A stretch of DNA of 64,000 bases, from assembly GCF_040096205.1 (NCBI RefSeq), contig NZ_JBBMFD010000014.1, positions 4,579 to 68,578 of the forward strand. Reading direction: 5' to 3'. Made by a program: the position numbers and the translations under genes. Below the pieces are notes generated by a model. The model was not told the DNA's origin. It was given only the letters and a program-made list of their open reading frames with translations, and searched no databases. Source of the DNA: Solibaculum intestinale (GTDB taxonomy: Bacteria; Bacillota; Clostridia; Oscillospirales; Acutalibacteraceae). Of the stretch, positions 27,893 through 36,838 are shown piece by piece; the first letter of the stretch is position 1, and each line of letters begins with the position of its first letter.

Positions 27893-28933
27893 ATGAGTAT
27901 TGATCAGGAAAAGCTTCAACTTGCCAAAAAGGTGCTTGATGTTCTTCTCAAGACCGAGCGCAAGGACGGCTTTTATGACCACATGAACATGGACAACTGG
28001 GAATGGCCGGTTGGGGTTGCACTGTACTGCATGTTCAAGATTTATAAAAAGACTGGTGATCTGGACTTTTATAATGCCTTGATTGATTGGTACGATAAGC
28101 AGCTTCAGAAGGAGCCGCCTCATCGCAATGTCAATACGGTTGCCCCAATGCTGACCATGGTTTGCCTCTATGAGGAAAACAAGAACCCGGTTTATCTCGA
28201 ACATATCGAGAGCTGGATCAATTGGGTCATGAATGAGATGCCTCGTACCGAGTACGGCGGCATGCAGCACATGACGGTGTGGAATCGGCACAATCAGCAG
28301 TTGTGGGACGATACCCTTTTTATGACGGTGCTTTTCCTGGCGAAAGCCGGAAAGGTGCTTGATCGTCCACAGCTGGTGGACGAAGCAAAATATCAGTTCC
28401 TGTTCCATATTAAGTATTTGCAGGACAAGCGTACCGGTCTTTTCTATCATGGCTGGACGTTTGATTGCCGGCATAATTTTGCCAATGCCTTCTGGGCGCG
28501 CGGCAACAGCTGGTTTACTTCCGGTGCGGTAGAGTTCATCGACATTGTCGGGGAACGTGACGCGACCACTCGTTTTGTAGAGGTTGCGTGGAAGGATCAA
28601 GTGAAGGCTTTGATCAAGTATCAGAGCATCAATGGTCTTTACAATACTCTCGTCGATGTAGAAGAAAGCTACTGGGAAACTTCGGCCACCGCCGGCATTG
28701 CTTATGGACTGCTCAAGGGTATCCGTATGGGTTTGCTGGACAAGGAAAATGAATTTTACGCGATGAATGCGGCTAATGCAGTTCTCGCGAAGATTCAGGA
28801 CGACGGGATTGTGGCCGGTGTGTCTTACGGCACGGGAATGGGCAAGGATTTTGATTTCTATAAGAATATCAAAATTTGCCCGACTGCCTACGGCCAGGGC
28901 CTTGTACTGCTCATGCTTACGGAACTCATCTAA
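27893..28933 (+). CDS. Unsaturated rhamnogalacturonyl hydrolase, GH105 (YesR-like)
   Basis: 346 aa, the same size as B. subtilis YesR. GH105/GH88 alpha6/alpha6 barrel motifs (WNRHNQQLWDDTLFM, WARGNSW). Confidence 0.75.
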   Translation: MSIDQEKLQLAKKVLDVLLKTERKDGFYDHMNMDNWEWPVGVALYCMFKIYKKTGDLDFYNALIDWYDKQLQKEPPHRNVNTVAPMLTMVCLYEENKNPVYLEHIESWINWVMNEMPRTEYGGMQHMTVWNRHNQQLWDDTLFMTVLFLAKAGKVLDRPQLVDEAKYQFLFHIKYLQDKRTGLFYHGWTFDCRHNFANAFWARGNSWFTSGAVEFIDIVGERDATTRFVEVAWKDQVKALIKYQSINGLYNTLVDVEESYWETSATAGIAYGLLKGIRMGLLDKENEFYAMNAANAVLAKIQDDGIVAGVSYGTGMGKDFDFYKNIKICPTAYGQGLVLLMLTELI

Positions 28934-29149
28934 GCGACTTATGTTGTATAAAAGGGCTGCCTTTCATGGGCAGTCCTTTTTCATTAACTCGAAAAATGCA
29001 GAAAAATAGGAATTAAAACCAAAAAAACACGGTTTTTTTGCAGAAATATCGCAGTTTCCTTCTTCCCATTTGGATATTTCGCAGTATAATGGTAAGCGTA
29101 AAGTTATGGATGCTTCCAGGACATACAAAAGAATAGGAGTGTTTATTCA

Positions 29150-30172
29150 ATGGCAAAAGTTGTTACCTTTGGTGAGCTGATGCTTCGTCTGGCACCTCCC
29201 GGCTATCTGCGTTTCACGCAGGCGGATACCTTTACCGCTACCTATGGCGGCGGTGAGGCGAACGTGGCGGTTTCTCTTGCGAATTATGGCATGGATGCCG
29301 CTTTCGTTACCAAGCTGCCGGAAAACGACATCGGTCAGGCCGCGGTGAATTCCCTTCGCCGCTATGGCGTGGACGTGAGCAAGATCGTCCGTGGCGGCCC
29401 CCGTGTGGGTATTTACTATCTGGAAAAAGGCGCTTCTCAGCGTCCTTCCAAGGTCATTTATGACCGTGCCGGTGCTTCCATTGCTCTGGCTCAGCCTGGT
29501 GATTTTGACTGGGATTCCATCTTCGAGGGTGTGTCCTGGTTCCATTTCACCGGCATCACCCCCGCTCTGGGCGACAATGTGGCGGCCTGCTGCCTGGAAG
29601 CCTGCAAGGCTGCAAAGGCAAAGAACATTACGGTCAGCTGCGACTTAAACTTCCGCAAGAACCTCTGGACTTCCGAGAAGGCTGGCCAGGTTATGGGCCA
29701 GCTGATGGAGTATGTGGATGTCTGCATTGCCAATGAAGAGGATGCGGAGAAAGTCTTCGGCATCCGCGCGGCAGCTACCGATGTGACCACCGGCAAGCTC
29801 AACCACGACGGATACCGTGAAGTGGCCAGCAAGCTCAAGGAGCGCTTTGGTTTCTCCAAGGTTGCGATTACTCTTCGCACCAGCATCTCTGCCAACGATA
29901 ATAAGTGGGCGGCCATGCTCTATGATGGAGAGGATTACTACTTCTCTAAGAGCTACGACGTGCATATTGTGGACCGCGTTGGCGGCGGCGACAGCTTCGG
30001 CGGCGGCCTGATTTACGCGCTGCTGGCCGGTAAGTCCTCCAAGGACGCACTGGAGTTTGCGGTTGCGGCTTCCTGCCTGAAGCATTCCATCGAAGGCGAC
30101 TACAACGCCGTTTCCGTCAAGGAAGTGGAGACGCTCGCCGGAGGCGACGGCACCGGCCGCGTACAGAGATAA
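29150..30172 (+). CDS. kdgK: 2-dehydro-3-deoxygluconokinase (PfkB family)
   Basis: PfkB motifs GGGEANVA and DRVGGGDSFGGGLIYALL. Confidence 0.85.
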   Translation: MAKVVTFGELMLRLAPPGYLRFTQADTFTATYGGGEANVAVSLANYGMDAAFVTKLPENDIGQAAVNSLRRYGVDVSKIVRGGPRVGIYYLEKGASQRPSKVIYDRAGASIALAQPGDFDWDSIFEGVSWFHFTGITPALGDNVAACCLEACKAAKAKNITVSCDLNFRKNLWTSEKAGQVMGQLMEYVDVCIANEEDAEKVFGIRAAATDVTTGKLNHDGYREVASKLKERFGFSKVAITLRTSISANDNKWAAMLYDGEDYYFSKSYDVHIVDRVGGGDSFGGGLIYALLAGKSSKDALEFAVAASCLKHSIEGDYNAVSVKEVETLAGGDGTGRVQR

Positions 30173-30198
30173 TTACGCTTGAAAAAAGCGACAGCAAA

Positions 30199-30232
30199 AG
30201 AGGCCATGCGAGTAATCGCATGGCCTCTTTGT
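30199..30232. terminator. Bidirectional intrinsic terminator (GAGGCCATGCGA-GTAA-TCGCATGGCCTC flanked by A- and T-runs)
   Basis: Lies between the convergent kdgK and DUF975-like genes. Confidence 0.7.
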
Positions 30233-30260
30233 TATGCAGAGAGAGGGACGGTAGTTTATG

Positions 30261-31202
30261 TTACGCGTTTGGATAGGAAGGCGGAAGCTGGGAATTGGCC
30301 GGGGAAGCAAAGCCAAGCTCCTCCAGCGAGCATTGGCCGCTCTGGATGGCGTTATGCCGGCACTGGGCGTAGAGCTCCGCATAGGTGGCCTGCAGATAGG
30401 GGATCAGGAAAATGATGCTCACAGCTCCAAATCCACAGGTAAGAAAAGTGGCGCCGAGGACAGCCAGATACCAGGGGAAGAAGGACCAGTAGAGACCGAA
30501 AATGTGCCCCTTTTGTCCCCAAGTCATGATCTTGCTCAGTTCCATCGCCCGGCGGTATCCGATTTGCGGATTGTCCGCCAGGATCCAGGGGATAAAGACG
30601 TACCGCAGCGAAGCAATAATGGGAAGCACAATAAGACCGATGACCACAAGCAGCAGAAGCGGCATTAGAAAGGCAACGCTTGCATTGGTTTGTGCAACCG
30701 CCATGATCACAAAGATCAAAGCATAGGGAACCAAAGCGGGCAGCGTCCACAGGAATAAGAAGAGATAACGGTAGGCCATCGCTCCGACCACCTTCCAGTA
30801 AGAGGTGCGGGTAAAGGCGCAGAAGAGATTCTGGTACCCCGGGCGCGCCGGCGTTTCCCGGTTGCGGGAATACCAGTTGAGCTCGCCTACCTGGAGGGGA
30901 TGGAAGGCAAAAAATTGCGGCAGGAAGCTCATGACCACCGTAAGGATCATGGTAGGCAGCATCCGCAGGAAAAACTGCGAGACTTCGTAGTAGGAACCGT
31001 AGGAATACGAACCGTACGAATAGGAATTGTTGAGCAGAGAAGGAAACAGAGAGGAAAACATGGCTGTGGAAGAAACGATACTGAGCAGCCAAGTAATTCC
31101 GTAGGTAATGCCCCAAATGATCAGGGAGGCCAGCAAGGCGCTCCAATACTTATTGGCCAGGCTGTATTTCGCCCGCTGTTTGAGTTGTCCACAGGTCCAC
31201 AT
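30261..31202 (-). CDS. Polytopic membrane protein (DUF975-like) with a Ser/Tyr/Gly tandem repeat
   Basis: Multiple TM helices. SYSYGSYSYGSYY repeat. RBS GGAGGT. Confidence 0.6.
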   Translation of the reverse strand: MWTCGQLKQRAKYSLANKYWSALLASLIIWGITYGITWLLSIVSSTAMFSSLFPSLLNNSYSYGSYSYGSYYEVSQFFLRMLPTMILTVVMSFLPQFFAFHPLQVGELNWYSRNRETPARPGYQNLFCAFTRTSYWKVVGAMAYRYLFLFLWTLPALVPYALIFVIMAVAQTNASVAFLMPLLLLVVIGLIVLPIIASLRYVFIPWILADNPQIGYRRAMELSKIMTWGQKGHIFGLYWSFFPWYLAVLGATFLTCGFGAVSIIFLIPYLQATYAELYAQCRHNAIQSGQCSLEELGFASPANSQLPPSYPNA

Positions 31203-31279
31203 AAGGATACCTCCAATGAGCTGGATTACAGCGCAGGAAGAGGGGTCTTCCTAGCGCTTCGGTTTATAAAGCGAACAGG

Positions 31280-32722
31280 TTACGCATCCTTGGATTTCTC
31301 GGGCATGCCGTCCTCCGAGACAGCCGTTTCTTCCGCGCAGGAGGCTGCGGCCGGCTCCACCGATTCGCCCAGCCAATCGGGAAGCTCCATTCCCGCCTGG
31401 CGGAAGAGGTCCTGAAGCGGCGGGACCGACTTGAGCATCCCCGAGAGGAAGTTTGCCGTGGTGGGAGCCCCGTTTTGGCCGTTCATCGAATCCCAGACCG
31501 TCACCTTGTCGATCTTTAGGTTCTTGATGGCATCCACCTGGATGCGGGTGAGCTCGGGAAGCTTGTCGGCGATCATCAACTGCACGCCGGCCGACGGATT
31601 TCCGCCCGCCGCCGCCACGATCTTGGAAAGGCCGGCGGCCTGCTTGGTCAGCAGCTCTTCCACACCCTTTGCCTGGGCTTCCATTTTTGCAAAGATGGCG
31701 TCCGCCTCGCCTCGGGCCCGGCGGCGCAGCTGCTCGGCTTCCGCTTCCGCTGCAATTTCCTTTTCCCGCTTGGCGATTTGAGCCTTCACGATGATATCCG
31801 CTTCCTGGGACGCTTGTTCCAAAGACGCACGGGTCTTTTCTGCCTCCTGCTGGGCTACATAGGCTTCCTGCAGCGCCTTGGCCGCCTGTACTTTTTCCGC
31901 CGCTGTGGCAATGCGCAGCGCCTCGGCCTCCTTTTCCCGGCGGGTCGCTTCCGACTGGGCGATTTCCACCCGCGCAGCGTTCTCACCCTGGATAGCGGTA
32001 GCGTTGGCGGCGGAGACATTGATGCGCTGGTCACGCTGGGCGTTTGCCTGGCCGATGGCCCCGTCCCGGTCCTTTTCCGCCACGCTCTTCTTGGCGTCGT
32101 TGATTGCCTTAGCAGCGGCTTCCTTACCGAGCGCTTCAATATATCCGGATTCGTCGTTGATGTCGGTGACATTGACGTTAATCAGCCGCAGGCCAATCTT
32201 TTTGAGCTCGATTTCCACATTGTTGGACACCGCCTCTAAAAACTTATCCCGGTCGGTGTTGATTTCCTCAATATCCATGGTGGCGATGACCAGACGCAGC
32301 TGGCCGAAAATGATGTCTTTGGCGAGTTCCTGCACCTCCTGGAGCTTGAGGCCCAAAAGACGCTCGGCAGCGTTTTGCATGACGCCCGGCTCGGTGGAAA
32401 TGCCCACTGTAAACCGGGAAGGAACGTCCACTCGGATGTTCTGCCGGGAAAGGGCGTTTTGCAGGTCTACGTTGATGGAAATGGGCGTCAGGTCCAGATA
32501 CTCGTAGGCTTGCACCAGCGGCCAGATAAAGGCGGCGCCGCCGTGAATACAGCGGGCGGAACGCTGCTGACCGTTTTTATCCGCCCCAACCTTACCGTAA
32601 ATGACCATTACCTTGTCGGACGGACACTTGCGGTAGCGGGTGGCAAAGGTGAGCAAAATCAGGAAAAGAACCAGAACAATACCGCAAATCAAAAAATAAC
32701 CGTGATATCCATGCGTGAACAT
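31280..32722 (-). CDS. Flotillin / SPFH-domain protein (YqiK/FloT-like)
   Basis: N-terminal TM, SPFH domain, long Ala/Glu-rich coiled coil, flotillin C-terminal region. Confidence 0.9.
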   Translation of the reverse strand: MFTHGYHGYFLICGIVLVLFLILLTFATRYRKCPSDKVMVIYGKVGADKNGQQRSARCIHGGAAFIWPLVQAYEYLDLTPISINVDLQNALSRQNIRVDVPSRFTVGISTEPGVMQNAAERLLGLKLQEVQELAKDIIFGQLRLVIATMDIEEINTDRDKFLEAVSNNVEIELKKIGLRLINVNVTDINDESGYIEALGKEAAAKAINDAKKSVAEKDRDGAIGQANAQRDQRINVSAANATAIQGENAARVEIAQSEATRREKEAEALRIATAAEKVQAAKALQEAYVAQQEAEKTRASLEQASQEADIIVKAQIAKREKEIAAEAEAEQLRRRARGEADAIFAKMEAQAKGVEELLTKQAAGLSKIVAAAGGNPSAGVQLMIADKLPELTRIQVDAIKNLKIDKVTVWDSMNGQNGAPTTANFLSGMLKSVPPLQDLFRQAGMELPDWLGESVEPAAASCAEETAVSEDGMPEKSKDA

Positions 32723-32740
32723 ACCCCTTTCGTCGATTGC

Positions 32741-33406
32741 TTAATTTTCTTTCTCTACAACCAAAAGATCGTTGACCAGGTCCACCACCCGCACCACCGT
32801 GGAGGGCTTCAAATCCTCGTCGCCATAGGTGATGGCGTCTAGCTCGGAAAACCGCTCCTGAATGGTCATGGTGATTTTTCCCTGCCCTTCGCCCTTTTTC
32901 GGGATGCGGATATAAACTACACCCGTCTGCCCTAGGGCGTTGCGCAGGGAAATGGTCCCATTTGATTGCAGCCGGGTGGCCCACTGGTAGAACTTAGCCA
33001 CGCCCAAGAGCGCCACCGCCCCCACCATAAACCCGATCAGCAGGGAAAGCGCCGCAGGAACCTGAGATTGTACACAGACAATGGCGGTCCAGGAAAACAG
33101 GGTAAAAAAGGCTACGATTCCCTGGAAGGTAAAGAGCCGCAGAGACGGGTCGCCCCCAATGTCCCCAGGTGCGTCGGCCGGGTCCATAGAGCTGTCCGGC
33201 GTTCCCGCATCGCTTCCACCGGGTGTACCGGCATCCGGGTCCAGGCCGGAAGTGTCACTGGCGTTGAAGTCCCCATCCCCGTGGCCCAGGCCGAAGAGGG
33301 AGAGAACGACCTGCAAAAGCAGCAGCAGCGACGCGGGAAACGCAATGCAGTAGAGAACCTTGAGTAAGCTGGACAGACCTTCCCACCATTCAAACATAAG
33401 CAACAC
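32741..33406 (-). CDS. NfeD-like membrane protein (YuaF-like flotillin partner)
   Basis: N-terminal TM helices, acidic linker, C-terminal OB-fold-like beta domain. Immediately upstream of the flotillin gene. Confidence 0.8.
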   Translation of the reverse strand: MLLMFEWWEGLSSLLKVLYCIAFPASLLLLLQVVLSLFGLGHGDGDFNASDTSGLDPDAGTPGGSDAGTPDSSMDPADAPGDIGGDPSLRLFTFQGIVAFFTLFSWTAIVCVQSQVPAALSLLIGFMVGAVALLGVAKFYQWATRLQSNGTISLRNALGQTGVVYIRIPKKGEGQGKITMTIQERFSELDAITYGDEDLKPSTVVRVVDLVNDLLVVEKEN

Positions 33407-33434
33407 CTCTCTGCTGTAACTTCAAATTACCATA

Positions 33435-33463
33435 ATTATACCGATTTCGATAACATCTGTCAA
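33435..33463 (-). promoter_or_regulatory. Consensus sigma-A promoter (TTGACA-17-TATAAT) for nfeD-flotillin
   Basis: Perfect hexamers and spacing on the minus strand. Confidence 0.6.
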
Positions 33464-33558
33464 TATAATTTACGCAAAATATGAAGAAGTTTTGAATAAG
33501 GCCAGAGTGCGCCGTCGAAAAAGGACAATTTTTTCGAGGAAATTTTCGCATACGCCCC

Positions 33559-33587
33559 TTGTAATTCTCTTTCAAATCTGATAAAAT
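33559..33587 (+). promoter_or_regulatory. Divergent promoter (TTGTAA-17-TGaTAAAAT) for the XRE/TPR regulator
   Basis: Read in the sequence. Confidence 0.5.
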
Positions 33588-33630
33588 ACTTATGTAAACA
33601 AGATTTACTTTGCGCAAGGTGGTGAGAGAA

Positions 33631-34578
33631 ATGTCAAAGCAGGCTCTTGGTCAGAAAATCAAGGAGCTGCGTCTCGCAAAGAAATTGACGCAGCGGGAAG
33701 TGGTAGGAGATTTCATCACCCGTAACATGCTCAGCCAGATCGAAAGCGGCACGGCCACCCCGTCGGTACGCACGCTTGCATATTTGGCGAAGGTGCTGGA
33801 GGTGCCTGTTTCCACCCTGCTGGAGAGTGAAGAAACGCAGGGGGTAGCAGCTGATCTGGCGGAGGCGAAGCGGCTCTACCGCCAAGGAAAATTAAAGCCG
33901 TGCATGGCGGCGCTCTCTCGGGTGGAAGAGGAATTTGCTGACGAAGCGAACGCCCTCAAAGCGAAGGCTAGCCTGAAGCTGGCGCAGGAGGCGCTTTTGG
34001 CGGGGGACTTTGACCAGGTACGCGGGCATGCCGGGAATGCCATCGCGTTCAACGACGACACCATCTATGGTTCTCAGTCCATCAAAGCGGAAGCTCTGCT
34101 GTGCCTCGACGAGGTGACAAACGAGGGCTGGGATTACTTTATGCAGTACCAGAGCGCGCTGCAGTCCTCTTTTCTCAGCGCCCATTCCTCCCTCATCAAC
34201 GCCGAGATGTACTTAAACGAGGGCAATTTCGATCAGGCGCAGATTGTGCTGAAGTCGCTGGAAGGGGGAGGGTACAGCGAAAGCATAGACATGGGGCGTA
34301 TCAAGCTGCTGCAAGGCCGCGTGGCTATGGGGCGCGGAAAGTGGGACGAAGCCCTTTGTCTCTTCCGGGAAGCGGACGAATGCTGGGCGGACCTGCCTAG
34401 GCACGCGCTGCGGCCTTCCCTGTACCAGAATATGGAGCAATGTGCCATTGAGCTGGGGGATTACAAGCAGGCCCATTACTTTGCCACCATGCGCCTTGCG
34501 CTAGCCACCGGCGAGGCGCCGCCCTGCGAGCCGCAGGAGGAAGTGAGCAAAGTCCCGAACCACCGCGTGATACGCTAA
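33631..34578 (+). CDS. XRE-family HTH transcriptional regulator with C-terminal TPR-like domain (RNPP/Rgg-like architecture)
   Basis: HTH_XRE (LGQKIKELRLAKKLTQREV…NMLSQIESG) followed by about 230 aa of helical repeats. Start at 33631 after GGTGGTGAG. Confidence 0.75.
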   Translation: MSKQALGQKIKELRLAKKLTQREVVGDFITRNMLSQIESGTATPSVRTLAYLAKVLEVPVSTLLESEETQGVAADLAEAKRLYRQGKLKPCMAALSRVEEEFADEANALKAKASLKLAQEALLAGDFDQVRGHAGNAIAFNDDTIYGSQSIKAEALLCLDEVTNEGWDYFMQYQSALQSSFLSAHSSLINAEMYLNEGNFDQAQIVLKSLEGGGYSESIDMGRIKLLQGRVAMGRGKWDEALCLFREADECWADLPRHALRPSLYQNMEQCAIELGDYKQAHYFATMRLALATGEAPPCEPQEEVSKVPNHRVIR

Positions 34579-34613
34579 GGAAACCTATGCGAACAGGAAG
34601 AGATTCATGCGGG

Positions 34614-34652
34614 AAAAAGCCTGGCATCCAAGCTTGGATGCCAGGCTTTTTC
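34614..34652. terminator. Bidirectional terminator (perfect palindrome GCCTGGCATCCAAGCTTGGATGCCAGGC flanked by A5 and T5)
   Basis: Lies between the convergent XRE regulator and LiaF-like genes. Confidence 0.75.
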
Positions 34653-34740
34653 GGTTTGCTAACTGCATTTTTTCAACCCTGCGCTGCAAACGAGGGGAGG
34701 AATAAGTCGTACCTGCTTGCGAAGAAAGGCGAAAGGAGAA

Positions 34741-35628
34741 TCAGGACTCGGCCGGGAGGGAAGAAACGTCTAGGGGTTCGGACGATTCCAGCTGGGAAGA
34801 TTCCGAGTAGGAAGAATCCGATTGAGGAGAATCGTTTCCGTCTTCAGGTCTGCTGGAATACGGATCATAAGAATCGCCGTAAGAGGGATTGTGCAGTTCC
34901 TCATATGAGGTCAAGCGTCCATCCTCATACCGCCCGGTATAGAGATTGGGAACCGTATCCCCAAGCGTTGAAAGGCCCCTGTAGTTGATCAGGTTCAGGC
35001 GTACCGCGTCCGGTTTCTCGACGACATACTCCACATAAAGCCGTGCGCCGGTCATATTATAATTCATGGAGCTTGGGCCTCCTGTGATGGTCATTGTACC
35101 GTCCTCAGACACGGTTTTTACATTGTCCCGGTACAGGGTAAGCAGCTGGTCGCAGGCCTCCTTGTCATTATAACGCACCGTAATGTTACGGGTAACCCGC
35201 AGTTGGTTGGAAGGTATTATCTTTACGTCGGCGCTCTGGTCGTCCAGGGTCAGCGTCGTGGCATCGGAAGCATCGATCTTATCCGATACGGCGACCGAGT
35301 ACTGGTACCGGTCCATCCTTTCCTCCAGCCATACCTTGGTCACGTCGCTTTGGAAAACAGCGGTGACGCCGTAGGCAATCAGGCTGCCCACCAGAATCAA
35401 GCAAACGAAGAAGATGCTCAAACCGTCAAACTGAATGCGGGGTTTTTCATCTTTGGAAAAGTAGAGGTAGAGGAGCATTTCAATCCCTAGGAGGATCATG
35501 ATGATGGGCCAGCCGATGGCAATGGCCTTGCCGAAGTTTAGGTCGGTAAAGTTGGAAACCAGCAGCAGCACTCCCGCTACAATCAGGATCGCCGCCATGG
35601 AAATGTTGCCTACGCGCCAGCGCCTCAT
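34741..35628 (-). CDS. Membrane protein with LiaF-like TM region, DUF4097-like beta-rich domain and low-complexity acidic C-terminus
   Basis: Three N-terminal TM helices, a beta-strand-rich extracytoplasmic region, Ser/Asp/Tyr/Pro-rich tail. Last gene of the ECF sigma operon. Confidence 0.6.
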   Translation of the reverse strand: MRRWRVGNISMAAILIVAGVLLLVSNFTDLNFGKAIAIGWPIIMILLGIEMLLYLYFSKDEKPRIQFDGLSIFFVCLILVGSLIAYGVTAVFQSDVTKVWLEERMDRYQYSVAVSDKIDASDATTLTLDDQSADVKIIPSNQLRVTRNITVRYNDKEACDQLLTLYRDNVKTVSEDGTMTITGGPSSMNYNMTGARLYVEYVVEKPDAVRLNLINYRGLSTLGDTVPNLYTGRYEDGRLTSYEELHNPSYGDSYDPYSSRPEDGNDSPQSDSSYSESSQLESSEPLDVSSLPAES

Positions 35629-36263
35629 TTGTCTTCCTCCTTCGTGTCAGAATGTAGGTCCTGCTCGTAATAGGGAATATCCTCCTCCTTAGGGGCCTTA
35701 GGCTTAGTGGCTTTGAGCAGATAAACACCGCCGAAAATCAGAGCGCCGGCCACAAGAATCTGCCAGAAGAGATTGCGGATGCTACGGATGAGATTGAAAA
35801 TTCGGTTGATCTGTTCGCTGGAATAGTTATTGGAAGAAAGGATCATATCCAGGACGATGTTAAAGCCATTGTTAAGCAGGAAGAGCACGCCCAGCACAAT
35901 CAGGATCCAGGCCAGAATTTTGCCCCAGCTCTTGCCTTTGGGCGTAAACTTGTCAGGAAGGTGGAGCCATTCGAAGATGCCCAGATTTTCCTGGGCCATC
36001 TGCCGGGGGTCCACCAGCTGCTGATTGATCAGGTTCTTCTTGGTTACCGCGTCAAAAATGCTGTAGCAGAAGAAGACCGGCAGAAAGAACAGCAGCAGGG
36101 AAAAAACGTTCCCGAAGAAGCTGACGGTAAGGCTGCTTAAAAAGATGGTTCCGAAAAAGAGGACCATCAGCTGAATGCCCTGTTTGATCAGACCCAGGTA
36201 CATGTGGCCCGCGCCGGGCAGAAAAGAAAAGAGAATGGTCAGGAAGGTGCTTTTTGTTTTCAT
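35625..36263 (-). CDS. TM2-domain-like membrane protein
   Basis: PGAGHMYLG motif (TM2 G-x-H-x-x-YLG) and four TM helices. Confidence 0.6.
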   Translation of the reverse strand: MKTKSTFLTILFSFLPGAGHMYLGLIKQGIQLMVLFFGTIFLSSLTVSFFGNVFSLLLFFLPVFFCYSIFDAVTKKNLINQQLVDPRQMAQENLGIFEWLHLPDKFTPKGKSWGKILAWILIVLGVLFLLNNGFNIVLDMILSSNNYSSEQINRIFNLIRSIRNLFWQILVAGALIFGGVYLLKATKPKAPKEEDIPYYEQDLHSDTKEEDK

Positions 36264-36838
36264 TTCGTCGTCTCCTTTTCGGATTGGGATGAGGCCTTTG
36301 CGTTGCTGCCCTTGAGCCAGTCGGCCAGTATGTCGTAAAGCTTAGGGGAATCTTCTTCCTTGCCTTCGTAAGCGTCTTGGTTGAGATGTTCCTCTTCCTT
36401 TTGCGTAGGCTTGGGTGCGGCCATGGAGTTGAGCCCCGTGGTAATCTGCCCGGTAAACTGAGTCAGTGCGTTGGCGCTGGCGGGCAGAGCCTGGGCCAGG
36501 CCTTCGCCGAAGTTTGTGAAAGCGCCGGTGAAGGTGATGACCAGTGTGGCCACGGCCGCAGCCGTGTAACACCAGATCATCCTCCTGCGAAATTGTGGCG
36601 TCACCGTTTTGAGCACTGGCTTGGGAACGGGCCGTACCGCAGGCAGGGAATCCATCACCTCATCGGCGAAGTCCACCCCACAAACCTTTTGCCCTTCCAG
36701 CAGACCGGTAAACGTTTGAAGACAATGGTCGCAGCCGAAGAGATGCGCTTCCATTTCGTCCCGGCGTTCCTCGTCCAAGGTGTTATCTATGTATTGCCGC
36801 CACTGCGCCTCGTCGTAATGCTTCGTCACAATTCTCAC
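36260..36838 (-). CDS. Zinc-binding (ZAS-type) anti-sigma factor, single-pass membrane
   Basis: H-x3-C-x2-C motif (HLFGCDHC), one TM helix. Immediately downstream of the ECF sigma gene and overlapping it. Confidence 0.7.
   Translation of the reverse strand: MRIVTKHYDEAQWRQYIDNTLDEERRDEMEAHLFGCDHCLQTFTGLLEGQKVCGVDFADEVMDSLPAVRPVPKPVLKTVTPQFRRRMIWCYTAAAVATLVITFTGAFTNFGEGLAQALPASANALTQFTGQITTGLNSMAAPKPTQKEEEHLNQDAYEGKEEDSPKLYDILADWLKGSNAKASSQSEKETTK

Noticed and set aside
27101-28600. 499-aa minus-strand ORF across the permease and GH105 genes
   Set aside because: Antisense to two well-supported genes.
34587-34988. 133-aa plus-strand ORF downstream of the XRE regulator, considered as a possible quorum-peptide gene
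   Set aside because: Reads straight through a perfect 28-bp terminator palindrome and then runs antisense to the LiaF-like gene. The N-terminus is not signal-peptide-like.
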